From Desulfurococcales archaeon (GTDB lineage: Archaea > Thermoproteota > Thermoprotei_A > Sulfolobales > Desulfurococcaceae), in NCBI GenBank assembly GCA_027022365.1, contig JALVYU010000026.1, positions 320,001-384,000 of the forward strand: a stretch of 64,000 bases of DNA. Reading direction: 5' to 3'. Position numbers and translations under genes: made by a program. Below, piece by piece: positions 28,048-38,685 of the stretch. The notes below the pieces were generated by a model. The model saw only the letters and a program-made list of their open reading frames with translations. It was not told the origin of the DNA and searched no databases. Each line of letters starts with the position of its first letter. Within the stretch, counting starts at the first letter, position 1.

Positions 28048-29736
28048 CTACGAGGCCATCCCTTTATGTCTTAGTCCCTGAGGAGGCTTAATCTTTACTA
28101 TGATCGGTTTCCGGGCTTCCGTATTGACGACTAGTGCCTCGCCAACTCCTAGATATGAGAGCCTACGCGTTATCTTCTGTGGTATCCCCAACAGTTTACG
28201 TATCTGATCTTGATACTCCTGGTTAGGAGAGCCAAAAACTATGACTGTTTGAATGTTCTCATAGAGTTCCCTAGGTATGTCGCTGGGATTTTGTGTTGCA
28301 AGAATTATCGATACTTTTCTACTTCTCCCCTCTTTTATTAGTCGTTTAAGGCTTTCCAGGCGTGAAATTCTCCATGCCTCATCTATCGTGATAACATTAC
28401 CTATTAGCTCTGTGGTATTGTTTGATTTTATCTTGTCATTGTCAGTGTTTTCCTGGAGTAGTATGTTGGAACACATGCCTAGTATTAGTCCTGCGTAGGT
28501 GTTTTGGAACATTGTTCCGTGGCTTGATATGTTAAATAATATGCTTCTATTCCTCAATACTCTATACAACTCGCCATAGTTTGGATTACTGACCAATAGA
28601 TCAATAACGGGAGAAAGCTTCGATAAATGAGGATCCATCAAAATTTTTTCTGGCTCGGAAACCCCTACATTTTTGCTAATAAGCGTTAATATTTCAGCAA
28701 TGTTTTTCGTGTTGAGCCCCACTATGTTTTCAAGAACATCTCTAACAATTATTCCCCAATCAATCAGCTTAAGCCATTGTGGCTTCTTTAATATATTTAT
28801 AGGATATATATTCGGATTCACAATATCAATCATTTTTTCATCAATGTATCGAGCTAGATCACCTTTGAAATCCAAAGCCACTATTTTTAGTTCAAACAAT
28901 GATATCATATTCTCAATTATTGTTGCGAGAAGAGTTGTTTTTCCTTTCCCCGTGGGACCCAGTACAGCCATGTGCTTAAAAAGGCTCTTTATACTAATAC
29001 CAACCGGTAGATCGGAATCAATGTCATAGCCTAGCACAATCGTTTCCTCCGAATCCGGCAATACTGGTGCATGCCTTCTGATCGGTGTAAGAGCTTGAAG
29101 CCTACTATGTTCTAAAACTATTGAGCGTTTCTTGAAATCAGTAGTTATTCCTAAGTGATATGCTATCAGACTTCTTATTTCAGACGCACTTAGCGGCCGC
29201 AACTTTATTTTAAAATAATTGTTAAATACCGAAAAAACAAGTTCTTCCTGTTGTCTGATCCTTGCCATCGCATCAGCAAAATCGAAGGACTCAGCCCTTA
29301 GCTTAAACAATAACTGGATCCTAGCAACAGTATTAGAAGTTATTATCATCTTATATAGTTCCTCTAAGACTTTCAGCTGTGATAGTAGCCTTGCTCTGAG
29401 ATGAGGCTCTTCGAGTATGTCGAGTTTAGCTCTTATGTTCATCATTTCATTACTTATTCTCTTCATTAGCCTAACAAGGTCTTTTTCTCTCTTTAGAACA
29501 ATTATCTCAATTCCAGGAGGCAGACTTTCAAGCAGAGAAGCATAATTATCCATTAATTTTAATATTTCATACTCATTGAGCTCATTAAAACCATATTCTA
29601 CATTATCGGCAATCAAAAACCTCTGAACAACTATCTTTCCACCAGCCTTGGTTATTAAATAAGAATTATTGATCTCTACTTCTATGTTATCTCCTATCAA
29701 ATGCTTGATTAAATTATACACTGTCTTTTTCAACAT
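28048..29736 (-). CDS. cedB: HerA/VirB4-like ATPase, CedB candidate
   Basis: HMAVLGPTGKGKTT, LDFKGD, IDEAWR, KEGRS...LATQNP; directly downstream of cedA. Confidence 0.75.
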   Translation of the reverse strand: MLKKTVYNLIKHLIGDNIEVEINNSYLITKAGGKIVVQRFLIADNVEYGFNELNEYEILKLMDNYASLLESLPPGIEIIVLKREKDLVRLMKRISNEMMNIRAKLDILEEPHLRARLLSQLKVLEELYKMIITSNTVARIQLLFKLRAESFDFADAMARIRQQEELVFSVFNNYFKIKLRPLSASEIRSLIAYHLGITTDFKKRSIVLEHSRLQALTPIRRHAPVLPDSEETIVLGYDIDSDLPVGISIKSLFKHMAVLGPTGKGKTTLLATIIENMISLFELKIVALDFKGDLARYIDEKMIDIVNPNIYPINILKKPQWLKLIDWGIIVRDVLENIVGLNTKNIAEILTLISKNVGVSEPEKILMDPHLSKLSPVIDLLVSNPNYGELYRVLRNRSILFNISSHGTMFQNTYAGLILGMCSNILLQENTDNDKIKSNNTTELIGNVITIDEAWRISRLESLKRLIKEGRSRKVSIILATQNPSDIPRELYENIQTVIVFGSPNQEYQDQIRKLLGIPQKITRRLSYLGVGEALVVNTEARKPIIVKIKPPQGLRHKGMAS

Positions 29737-29863
29737 TATTTTTTAACCTCCGTATTATTAAATACATGAAAAGTACTAGTAAGAATAACATTAGCGATAT
29801 CCGATTCCGTGATATAACAAGCATAATGAATGACAGTATCAATAATATATGATCGATCCTCAT
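29714..29863 (-). CDS. 49-aa two-TM protein, CedA2 candidate (not in the ORF track)
   Basis: MRIDHILLILSFIMLVISRNRISLMLFLLVLFMYLIIRRLKNNVEKDSV*; fills the gap between cedA and the ATPase. Confidence 0.6.
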   Translation of the reverse strand: MRIDHILLILSFIMLVISRNRISLMLFLLVLFMYLIIRRLKNNVEKDSV

Positions 29864-29873
29864 CCTACACACC

Positions 29874-31259
29874 CTATACTCCCGTCACTATAAGTCTGGC
29901 AATTCTGGGCTCAGTTCCTCCAAGAAGTCTTGCAAGAGCGTATGAAGATGATAATAGAACTGCAACATATACCATAGGCCCTATGAATACTGCATATATA
30001 AATCGAGTAATAGGCGTAATGAGCATACTAGGCGACGAGATCTTTTCTTTGACTACATGGTTAATAAATGGATACTCAGTTACATCGGGGGGGCCCATAT
30101 ATATCCATTTGCTTGTACTGATACTCAAGCATGTATTCCCATGTAGTTTATATTTCTTGATAACGAATGTTATGTTATGCCATTGGTAACTATATGTTGT
30201 GAGCAATGTAGTGTTGATTCCTACAGTTATATTTGCGGAAATACTATTTGGATATACGACATAGAAGATTGAATCCTTATAACTAGTTATATTCATGACA
30301 AGACTAGAGCTATTATGATATGATACACTGATGCTTGAACCAGTTGGTAATTTTATAAAGACATACTCCGATACAATAACCACGTCAGGTAAGGATATGT
30401 GGACTGAGCAATACGTTTCATTTATCCATGTGTATTGACTCGAATTCATTAGAACTGTGTAGTTGTATGGACCATAAACAACGTTCCAATACACCGTACC
30501 ATTAGGTATGCCTTTATCGGCACCCACATATATTTCTCCGTTAGGCCCCGCCAAATACCTTGCCAAAAGCTCGCCTCCCTTACTATATATTTTTATTACA
30601 GCATATGGGATGGAGCGTCCAACTATGTCCTTAACGATAATCCTAGACGACAACAGGTTCAAACTATATTGTATCTGCTGAGATATTGACGGAGTAATGG
30701 TCTCTATAAATACTGGCATAAGGGGGGCGGCTATCGAAAATACTATGACCGTAGAGATTATCATAGCCCCTGCGGATCGCGAAAGACGAAACGGGATCGA
30801 GTGAAGAAGTAAACCTATAGCGATAAGAGCAGGAGCATATATTCTAAGGGCAGTTAAAAGAGTTGTTAATGTTATAAAGAATATCAGAAGATATGTTAGT
30901 GAGGAAATTAACGGCGAAATAATAGATGACGAGACAAATTTCAGGTTCATACTTACAAGTGCTGAACCTATAAGTCTTAGCGAGGCCATTGTTCCCGCAA
31001 TAGCCCCTATTTCTTTGGCGCTCCACAGATAGAAAGCGTTCCAATCAGCACCAATAATTCTAGAGATATATCTGATTACATATAATATCGCTGTATATGA
31101 GAAGATGAGTATTGCTGAAAAAATACTATCAATCATAAGCTGTGGCGCCCATTTCTTGAGGCCATAGAAAGGTATTGGCAACATGTATATCAAAACACCT
31201 AGATAGTATCCTAGTACTGACAAATAATACGCTATAACGATTACATCATTAATGATCAT
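29874..31259 (-). CDS. cedA: Ced DNA-import membrane protein CedA
   Basis: YYLGVLIYMLPIPFYGLKKWAP.LM.D; IPFRL.R.AGA; multi-TM with a large extracellular domain. Confidence 0.82.
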   Translation of the reverse strand: MIINDVIVIAYYLSVLGYYLGVLIYMLPIPFYGLKKWAPQLMIDSIFSAILIFSYTAILYVIRYISRIIGADWNAFYLWSAKEIGAIAGTMASLRLIGSALVSMNLKFVSSSIISPLISSLTYLLIFFITLTTLLTALRIYAPALIAIGLLLHSIPFRLSRSAGAMIISTVIVFSIAAPLMPVFIETITPSISQQIQYSLNLLSSRIIVKDIVGRSIPYAVIKIYSKGGELLARYLAGPNGEIYVGADKGIPNGTVYWNVVYGPYNYTVLMNSSQYTWINETYCSVHISLPDVVIVSEYVFIKLPTGSSISVSYHNSSSLVMNITSYKDSIFYVVYPNSISANITVGINTTLLTTYSYQWHNITFVIKKYKLHGNTCLSISTSKWIYMGPPDVTEYPFINHVVKEKISSPSMLITPITRFIYAVFIGPMVYVAVLLSSSYALARLLGGTEPRIARLIVTGV

Positions 31260-31317
31260 GATCCCACGCCCAAAATACGGACCCCACTAGGAAATTAGAA
31301 AAATTAGGCCAATCCAT

Positions 31318-31584
31318 TCATATAGTGGGCGGAGCTGGTAATGGCTGATAGAATGTATTCGCTATATATGCGATCAGCGCGAACACTGTTGTCCCCATCG
31401 CTAGCCAGAATGCCGCCCATACTGCATCTTCTATAAACCGTTCCCCGGTTCTCTTAATTCTCATAAATGGAATAGGTAATCCTCTTATAGCCCACCCGAT
31501 AACCCAAGTCAGGAAAAATATAACCCAAGCAACAATAGTCACGTTCACTATTATTCCCTGAATAAAACTAATAATATTGTTCAA
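31318..31584 (-). CDS. cedA1: Ced pilin-like protein CedA1 (probable TTG start at 31584)
   Basis: AWVIFFLTWVIGWAIRGLPIPFMRIKRTG..FIEDAVWAAFWLAMG; GGGTGG SD. Confidence 0.82.
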   Translation of the reverse strand: MNNIISFIQGIIVNVTIVAWVIFFLTWVIGWAIRGLPIPFMRIKRTGERFIEDAVWAAFWLAMGTTVFALIAYIANTFYQPLPAPPTI

Positions 31585-31663
31585 TACAACCACCCATAAG
31601 AGTCTAAGAATATATTGATAGGTGGGATAACCGAAACTATTAACGAACCTAGGACTGATAACA

Positions 31664-33643
31664 ATGAAGAAATTATGGCCCAAGACGACTAAGATATACT
31701 GGGATCCAGACTATAATATCCCGATAATAAAGCCTCTGCCCGGCCAAGAAGATTTATTCTTTATCCTGAGATTAACTGAGCCCGGTGATGCAAGACCAGC
31801 TTTTGACCAGGATTTAAAGAAGCTTCGAGCAGCAATAATTTATGAATTCAATGATTTACGGATCTATAATGTCTTGTTCAAAGACATGTTCATCCTTTTC
31901 AATAAGGTTCCGCATTGGGATCAGATGTGGGAGGTTGTTTCTTCCGGCAATGTTATGGGTCAATTATATTATGATCCCTTTAGGGATAAGTGGAGGTTTC
32001 GTTTAACATTTGCCGGCGCCTACATATTGTATAATCAAGGTATAGTCGATTTCATCAGAATTAATACCCGCATACCTCGCGGAAAAATCATCCGTTCAAC
32101 TCCCTCTACTACTTCAAAACAAGTAGTGATTGTCAATGATAGGGGAGAGGTTATAGGTATAGGAGAAAATACCGGCGAAGGAGTACAGGTAATTAAGATT
32201 TTTAAGAGGAGGAAACACCCTGTGGAAACAAGCGGGAAACCAGCGAATCTCGATACTGTTATAAAACATAATGAATATGCTCTGCAGTACTATGAAGACA
32301 GATCCGTCAAGCTACTTAGAAAACTGTATATGCTATATGGGGGCCCTGTAGTGGTTTCTTATTCGGGCGGAAAAGATAGCCTAATAGCGCTATATCTCAC
32401 ATTAAAAGCCCTTGGCGACGCAGAACTACTATTTAATGATACAGGACTAGAACTTCCTGATACGATAAAGAATGTAGAATATGTCTCCCAAAAATACGGC
32501 TTGAAGCTAACTGTAGCATCAGCTGGGAATATCTTCTGGAAAGCTGTAAAGGTATTTGGTCCTCCGGGCAAAGACTATCGCTGGTGCTGTAAGATAACCA
32601 AGCTAGTTCCACTAGCAAGAACCGCTAGGAAGAAATGGCCCCGGAAAGCACTAAACATAGTAGGTCAGCGTGCATTCGAATCAATTGATCGTGCAAAAAG
32701 TCCTATCATATGGAGAAACCGCTGGATACCGCATCTGATTAGTGCCACACCCATTCAGGAATGGAACCAGTTACTGGAGTGGTTATATATAAGGAAAAAC
32801 AATCTTCCATACAATCCCCTATATGATAAGGGATTCGAGAGGCTGGGATGCTTCTTATGTCCATCAAGCACGTTAGCGGAGTTCAAAGAGGTAGAGAAAA
32901 CCTATCCTGAACTATGGAATAAATGGATCGAAGAGCTGGAATATTGGAGAGAAAAACTACAACAACCAAAAGAATGGATAACTCTGGGGCTGTGGAGATG
33001 GTTATCACCAGCCGTCGCTAAGCAAAGACTTACCAAACATATACCCGGCTATGAAATAGATTGGAAAAAAGAATACGCTCTCAGATTAAAGTTCTCAGAA
33101 ATAGGGCTAGCCCCTTGTAGGGTAAATAAGAATGATATGGGGATCGAGATAGTCTTCGACAACAATATTCTACGGAAAAACATGGTTCAACAAATTATCT
33201 ATTCACTGAAGACAATTACGCCTAATGTGACAATGAAGAACAATGATGATCAACCGGTAATAAGTATCAATATGAATGATGTACATGCATTAATTTCGAA
33301 AAATACAATAGTTGTGAATAAAAAGCTTGAGAATAGTCTTGAAGAGTTAGCGGACATATTGAAGGCTATCTACAGGATATACGGGTGCACTAAATGTGGA
33401 AGCTGTATTCTATGGTGCCCTAGAAATAATATTATGCTTAGAAATCATGGAGCCATATTCGGTGATCAATGTGACAGGTGTAGAATCTGTATAGATGTTT
33501 GCCCTGTAGCGGAGGTACTCGTAGAAAGAGTTGTACTCCCATTAATAACAGGTGACCCGGCAATATGGAAGAGATCATCTAGAAGACACGGTGATGAATT
33601 AATAAAAGCCTTTAAGGAGTATGGCATAGTCGATGAAGTCTAG
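31664..33643 (+). CDS. PAPS-reductase-family (PP-loop) protein with PUA-like and C-terminal Fe-S ferredoxin domains
   Basis: VSYSGGKDS, RWCCK, ERLGCFLCP, CTKCGSCILWCP / CDRCRICIDVCP. Confidence 0.85.
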   Translation: MKKLWPKTTKIYWDPDYNIPIIKPLPGQEDLFFILRLTEPGDARPAFDQDLKKLRAAIIYEFNDLRIYNVLFKDMFILFNKVPHWDQMWEVVSSGNVMGQLYYDPFRDKWRFRLTFAGAYILYNQGIVDFIRINTRIPRGKIIRSTPSTTSKQVVIVNDRGEVIGIGENTGEGVQVIKIFKRRKHPVETSGKPANLDTVIKHNEYALQYYEDRSVKLLRKLYMLYGGPVVVSYSGGKDSLIALYLTLKALGDAELLFNDTGLELPDTIKNVEYVSQKYGLKLTVASAGNIFWKAVKVFGPPGKDYRWCCKITKLVPLARTARKKWPRKALNIVGQRAFESIDRAKSPIIWRNRWIPHLISATPIQEWNQLLEWLYIRKNNLPYNPLYDKGFERLGCFLCPSSTLAEFKEVEKTYPELWNKWIEELEYWREKLQQPKEWITLGLWRWLSPAVAKQRLTKHIPGYEIDWKKEYALRLKFSEIGLAPCRVNKNDMGIEIVFDNNILRKNMVQQIIYSLKTITPNVTMKNNDDQPVISINMNDVHALISKNTIVVNKKLENSLEELADILKAIYRIYGCTKCGSCILWCPRNNIMLRNHGAIFGDQCDRCRICIDVCPVAEVLVERVVLPLITGDPAIWKRSSRRHGDELIKAFKEYGIVDEV

Positions 33644-33664
33644 GCATATGCGACTATCCAAGCA

Positions 33665-36490
33665 TTATTTCTTTTCTAGAAACTTCTTGATCTTTAGATA
33701 ATTCTTCTCACTCTCGTATATCAATTTATATATTTCATCTTCACTTGACGCTCTCCTCAAGATCTTAATGGCCTCGGTGACACCCACACCCGGGGAAGCT
33801 AGTAGTATAAGAGCTATTCTTCCATAATATGTTAGGAGAAGAGCTCGTTTCTTTAGATCATCAATAATTTTTCTCTCATCCCGTCTGAGACGGCGCCCTT
33901 TCTTCCATTTCTCTAAGCTCCTTAGAGTTTTATCGTCCAAGATCTTTAGGGGAGCTAATGTTCTAAGACCGCATCGAGGGCAACTGAATGTTTCATTGTT
34001 GTTGACTAGGTCTTTAACTCTGCCGTCTATTGTGTACCCACAATTAATACATATCAGTTTTATTTTTCGCGAAAGAATCCTATCCTTATAGGCGTTATAA
34101 TCCACTATTCCAACGTTTTCGGCCAATATAGGAACATGTTTTACAACTTTCTTCAACACGCTATCATCAATTGACTGTCTAATTATCTTCGTGACACTTA
34201 TCTGTCCTTCTTCGATCTTTCTAGCGATAACTATTAATCCTCTAAGGTCGAAATCTTTAGTTAAAACCTCATTTAATGCTTCATCCCCAATTATAGTCTC
34301 TCCAAGCCTATCAAGCAAATTCCGCGTGATCTTGTCCGCTGCAGGATCGATTGCACCAAATCTTTGTCCTACCTGATAGATCCTCCAATAATAATAGGAT
34401 GTTTTTCTAACTATTGATCTTATGTCTTCAGAAACTAAATGATATAGACTGGCTATCAGCTCATATATTAGATCATAAACTCTAGTATCAAGAGGAATAT
34501 TACGCGATTGAAAAACGATATAGTATGGAGTTGAATAAGCGTTTATTTTGTATATCGGATAGCGAAGCTTTATATGAAATCTAAGTATTTCTTTAAGAAG
34601 ATTATTTATTCGTGTACCTCCTGTTAAATATACTACAATGAGGCCTTTACTCCGGATATACTCGACTATTACTCTCTTATCACTAAACATTTCATCAAGA
34701 TCACTAGTAAGTTCTTTCACAGCGTTTTGTACATGTTCAGGGTAACCACGAGTTTTACTAGTTGCGATCATCCTAATGATCGCACCAACGTATCTTGCCA
34801 CACCATACTCTACAGGAATATTTTCGCCTTCCCAATGAGGAATAATCGGTGGTGCTTCAGCGTCAAGTCTCTCTACATACAATTTATGCGAGTCCTTATC
34901 GTACTCCACAACTTTCCAGAGCTTTCCTCCGAGAACAATGGGATCGCCAGGGTTAATGTTTATTAGAACATATTCTTCATTCAAAACACCTACTTTATTA
35001 CCAGTTGAAACTTCTACTACAGGTATATCACGTGTTTCAGGAATCATACTTGTTTTGTATATGTATAGTCTGGTTTTTCTCGTGGGATATATACGTGAAT
35101 CACGTATGTATATAATCCTAGAATATTCCAAGTACTCAATTACCTTCTCGAACTCAGTATAATCTAGGCTGTTGAAAAGTGGATAACCAATTATTAGTTC
35201 ATATAATTCTGATAATCTGATACCATTAGACTTAATTAGTGATAGAACCGATATGACATAAGCTAGAATATCAAGAGGTTTGTAAGTAATATTTTCTCGC
35301 TCAAGAATGTTTTTCTCAGCTCTTTTAATAAGAGTATATGATTCAAGGATCTCTAATGGATTATCGAGCGGAATAATACATCCTTTGCCAACACCGTAGA
35401 GCTTATGCCCACTTCTACCAATCCTCTGTACAAGTCTAATTGTCTGTCTTGGTGACATATATTGTATGACATAGTTGACTAAACCTATATCGATCCCCAA
35501 TTCCATACTTGATGTTGCAACTAAAGCATCTAGATTTCCATAACGAAATTCATCTTCTATTTGGAGCCTGTGTTTCCGTGATAAACTGCCGTGGTGTACG
35601 CCGATCCTAATATCTAATCCAAGAATATTTGATATTTTGTCAAGTATATATGATAATTTTTCAGATAATGAACGGGTATTGACAAATATTAAGACGTGAC
35701 GATATTTCTTTATCAGTCCTAATATAATGGCTATTCTAGCTGATAATTGTTTATCATATGTAATTTTGCTTATTTTTTCACATAACTCATCACACTTTGG
35801 TACATACAAATCCATATCAAGTCGTCTTAACCTTTTTTCTCTTATAACCCATGTTTTTACCGGTATCATATTACCCTCGAGCAATTGTCGAGCATCGTTT
35901 TCTCTCACAAGTGTTGCCGTTAATCCTATTTTTATAATATCATTGCTTACTACTCCTAGTTTTTGAAGAAAGTAAATTAATGATAAAAGCAAAACTCCCC
36001 TTTTACTCTCCATTAGATCCCTTAATTCGTCAATAATTATGTAGCGCAGATTTCTCAAATGCTTTCTAAGAGTTTCATTTAGAACTATATATGTAAATGT
36101 CTCGGGTGTCGTAATAAGTACATGGGGTGGCGTTCTTGCTATCTTTTTTCTCATACTATATGGTGTATCCCCATGCCTAAGTTCAACATTTACACCGAAA
36201 CACTTACCCAGCCTCTTTAATCTTAAAGTAATATCTCTGTTAAGAGCTCGTAGTGGCGTGATGTATATGGCTGATATCGGATTCCTTTTACTAACCATGA
36301 TATCATAGAAGACAGGTATCATTGCCGCCTCGGTTTTTCCGGAACCTGTTGGGGCAACTATTATGGTTGAGATTTTATTGTTGTATATCGTGTTGAAAGC
36401 TTTTTTCTGTAAATACGTTAATTCATTGTATCCGATAGCTTCTAAACACTTGTTGATGTCTCGCATTTCGTTAGTTCCCATTTTCATCAT
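33665..36490 (-). CDS. lhr: Lhr-like SF2 helicase (true start probably 36466-36490, not 36667)
   Basis: APTGSGKT, TPLRALNRD, HGDT, ITTPE, HHGSLS, MELGIDIG, QRIGRSGH, C-terminal Zn finger. Confidence 0.88.
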   Translation of the reverse strand: MMKMGTNEMRDINKCLEAIGYNELTYLQKKAFNTIYNNKISTIIVAPTGSGKTEAAMIPVFYDIMVSKRNPISAIYITPLRALNRDITLRLKRLGKCFGVNVELRHGDTPYSMRKKIARTPPHVLITTPETFTYIVLNETLRKHLRNLRYIIIDELRDLMESKRGVLLLSLIYFLQKLGVVSNDIIKIGLTATLVRENDARQLLEGNMIPVKTWVIREKRLRRLDMDLYVPKCDELCEKISKITYDKQLSARIAIILGLIKKYRHVLIFVNTRSLSEKLSYILDKISNILGLDIRIGVHHGSLSRKHRLQIEDEFRYGNLDALVATSSMELGIDIGLVNYVIQYMSPRQTIRLVQRIGRSGHKLYGVGKGCIIPLDNPLEILESYTLIKRAEKNILERENITYKPLDILAYVISVLSLIKSNGIRLSELYELIIGYPLFNSLDYTEFEKVIEYLEYSRIIYIRDSRIYPTRKTRLYIYKTSMIPETRDIPVVEVSTGNKVGVLNEEYVLININPGDPIVLGGKLWKVVEYDKDSHKLYVERLDAEAPPIIPHWEGENIPVEYGVARYVGAIIRMIATSKTRGYPEHVQNAVKELTSDLDEMFSDKRVIVEYIRSKGLIVVYLTGGTRINNLLKEILRFHIKLRYPIYKINAYSTPYYIVFQSRNIPLDTRVYDLIYELIASLYHLVSEDIRSIVRKTSYYYWRIYQVGQRFGAIDPAADKITRNLLDRLGETIIGDEALNEVLTKDFDLRGLIVIARKIEEGQISVTKIIRQSIDDSVLKKVVKHVPILAENVGIVDYNAYKDRILSRKIKLICINCGYTIDGRVKDLVNNNETFSCPRCGLRTLAPLKILDDKTLRSLEKWKKGRRLRRDERKIIDDLKKRALLLTYYGRIALILLASPGVGVTEAIKILRRASSEDEIYKLIYESEKNYLKIKKFLEKK

Positions 36491-36547
36491 CGATGATTTT
36501 ATCCCCTTATATATAGACTTTGGAAATATATTATTGGGGAATATCTT

Positions 36548-38323
36548 GTGACTAGCTACAAATACAAAGTACCCACAAAGATTATTTTGTTTATTTTGTC
36601 GAATATTTTGGCTATTCTGTTTTATTCTGAAGCAACTGTATACGTATATAATGTTAAGATTTCTCATATCGTTATTCTCGTAATAGCTATAATATTACAG
36701 CTTGTTATGCTTTATTTAAGTAGTAACTCATTTATGATTTCAATATTATATGTTGTTTTTTCATTATATATTGCTACACCATTATCAATTTATTTCATTA
36801 CCGGATTATTACTACCTTTGCTCATAGCACTGTTTCTAAACAAGGAATTATTTAGGAAGGATAGTCTACTTATCACTATATATAATTTATCTAGAAAAAC
36901 TTATTCTAAGAGGTCTATAAGTCTGATACTGCATTCATTGGCAAGATATTTTGCATGTCTAACCATTATGTTGACTGTTATGTACTTCTTCTTAGAATTA
37001 GTGGCAATACCTTCCACAATTCGTTCTATTTACATCGTATTCCTCCCAATTTCAATTGCAACAGGCTTTATACTAATAACTTTATGGGAGATCGAGCCTT
37101 TAATTGCAAGCATGATAGCTGCATTTTCGATATATTCCCTCGGAGTATTTCCTGGCGTGATCATTGGTTATAATGCTGCTTTTACAGAAAAGGAAAAGAT
37201 CGTGGAAGGCATATATTTTGGAGATGTAGTTGCAACACTGGAATACGGTTATCCATCAAAACAGTATTTTGATACTTTCCCCCACGACAGTAAAATGCGA
37301 AAAACATGGTATTGGAGAAAATCTAACGAGAGGCTAATTATAGATATTGCCAATCTTCCCAATCAGCACCTTGTAATAGTTGGCGCGTCTGGGATGGGAA
37401 AATCATTTCTAGCTAAGCATATTGTCAGACAAATGATCAAAAAGTATAATTATAAGGCTATTGTTGTCGACTTTCACAATGAATACAACGATCTAATTGA
37501 TCTTGAAGATATACTGTATATTGATGCTAAAAACGTTTCTATAAACCCGTTTACATTAACTCGACTAAGTCCACGGGAACAAGCGCACTATATTTCACAA
37601 TTGATTTCATCAATATTTAACCTCGGGAATATACAGCAAATAACATTGGAAAATATAATAATTAAGGCATATGAGCATAAAGGAATATATGAGGATAAAC
37701 CGGAGACCTGGCACAATAAACCGCCTACCTCTAGAGATATTATTAATACCGCACTCGCGTTATCAGACGAATTCGATACTAAACGAGTTCTACCATATCT
37801 TAAAACTTTGGACAGTATATTAACACAAACAACAGAGTTAAATATAGAAAAAATCGTCCAGCACTCAGCGATCATCAACTTATCGGAACTACCAAGCGAG
37901 TTTATGCGAATAATTTATGTTTATACATTATTACAAAATATTCTCGACTACCTCTACACTAAAAGAGTTAATAAAAGAATTGTTATAGTTATCGATGAAG
38001 CTCATAGGATATTTTCAAGAAAATTCGCCCGGACAATAATATCAAGATATCTAATGGAATCGAGAAAATATGGTATCTCAATCATTATAATTACACAACA
38101 ACCAACAGATCTAATCTCTCATATATTTCAAAACACTGTGGTAAAGGCTTCATTCCGTATAAACGAACCAAAAAACTTAGAATACATGGCTAAGATTATA
38201 TGTGAGGTCGAAGACCAAGCAAAAGTCAAGACAATAAAATACGCATTACGTAACGTCGATAAGGGGGAATATGTTATAAAAATAGAAACAATGAATAAGA
38301 TATACCTTGTTAGGATCAGATAA
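36548..38323 (+). CDS. HerA-like ATPase with an N-terminal multi-TM region (start uncertain)
   Basis: HLVIVGASGMGKS, VDFHNEY, IDEAHR, ESRKYG...TQQP. Confidence 0.82.
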   Translation: MTSYKYKVPTKIILFILSNILAILFYSEATVYVYNVKISHIVILVIAIILQLVMLYLSSNSFMISILYVVFSLYIATPLSIYFITGLLLPLLIALFLNKELFRKDSLLITIYNLSRKTYSKRSISLILHSLARYFACLTIMLTVMYFFLELVAIPSTIRSIYIVFLPISIATGFILITLWEIEPLIASMIAAFSIYSLGVFPGVIIGYNAAFTEKEKIVEGIYFGDVVATLEYGYPSKQYFDTFPHDSKMRKTWYWRKSNERLIIDIANLPNQHLVIVGASGMGKSFLAKHIVRQMIKKYNYKAIVVDFHNEYNDLIDLEDILYIDAKNVSINPFTLTRLSPREQAHYISQLISSIFNLGNIQQITLENIIIKAYEHKGIYEDKPETWHNKPPTSRDIINTALALSDEFDTKRVLPYLKTLDSILTQTTELNIEKIVQHSAIINLSELPSEFMRIIYVYTLLQNILDYLYTKRVNKRIVIVIDEAHRIFSRKFARTIISRYLMESRKYGISIIIITQQPTDLISHIFQNTVVKASFRINEPKNLEYMAKIICEVEDQAKVKTIKYALRNVDKGEYVIKIETMNKIYLVRIR

Positions 38324-38409
38324 GAATCAAAGTTAACATTTTTAGTTATCTATCGAAATACTAAAGTAATACCACGAATTCGTCGAAAATATTATCAGGG
38401 TGATATCTT

Positions 38410-38667
38410 ATGCTCACTGAAGAATTTGATCAAGACATTACTACCGAGGAATTCTTCAGTATCGAGGCAAAATCGGTTCCAATAGCTTTGCTATCAGAAT
38501 TTATCAATAAAACAAGATTATGGATAACAGCTCTTTCCGGAAATATCTCAGAGAAAGAATTCCTTGAAATTTATCATAAGCTCGAGGAGAAGAGAAAGAA
38601 AATACGTGAACAACGCAAAGAGATTAAAAAGAGTAAGAAATCCAAATCAGTGAAATCAAAAAGCTAA
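38410..38667 (+). CDS. rpo13: RNA polymerase subunit Rpo13-like protein
   Basis: Acidic N-terminus, core FINKTRLWITALSGNISEKEF resembling the recalled Sulfolobus Rpo13 core (T.IW..LL.G.IS), Lys-rich tail. Confidence 0.6.
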   Translation: MLTEEFDQDITTEEFFSIEAKSVPIALLSEFINKTRLWITALSGNISEKEFLEIYHKLEEKRKKIREQRKEIKKSKKSKSVKSKS

Positions 38668-38685
38668 CATTACTATCATTATTTA

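Noticed and set aside
27815-28081. 88-aa hydrophobic plus-strand ORF
   Set aside because: Antisense to the small basic ORF and the C/D sRNA, which have better signals.
36491-36667. 120-nt head-to-head overlap between lhr and the HerA-like gene
   Set aside because: An artefact of longest-ORF calling; Lhr similarity begins near MRDINK (36466).
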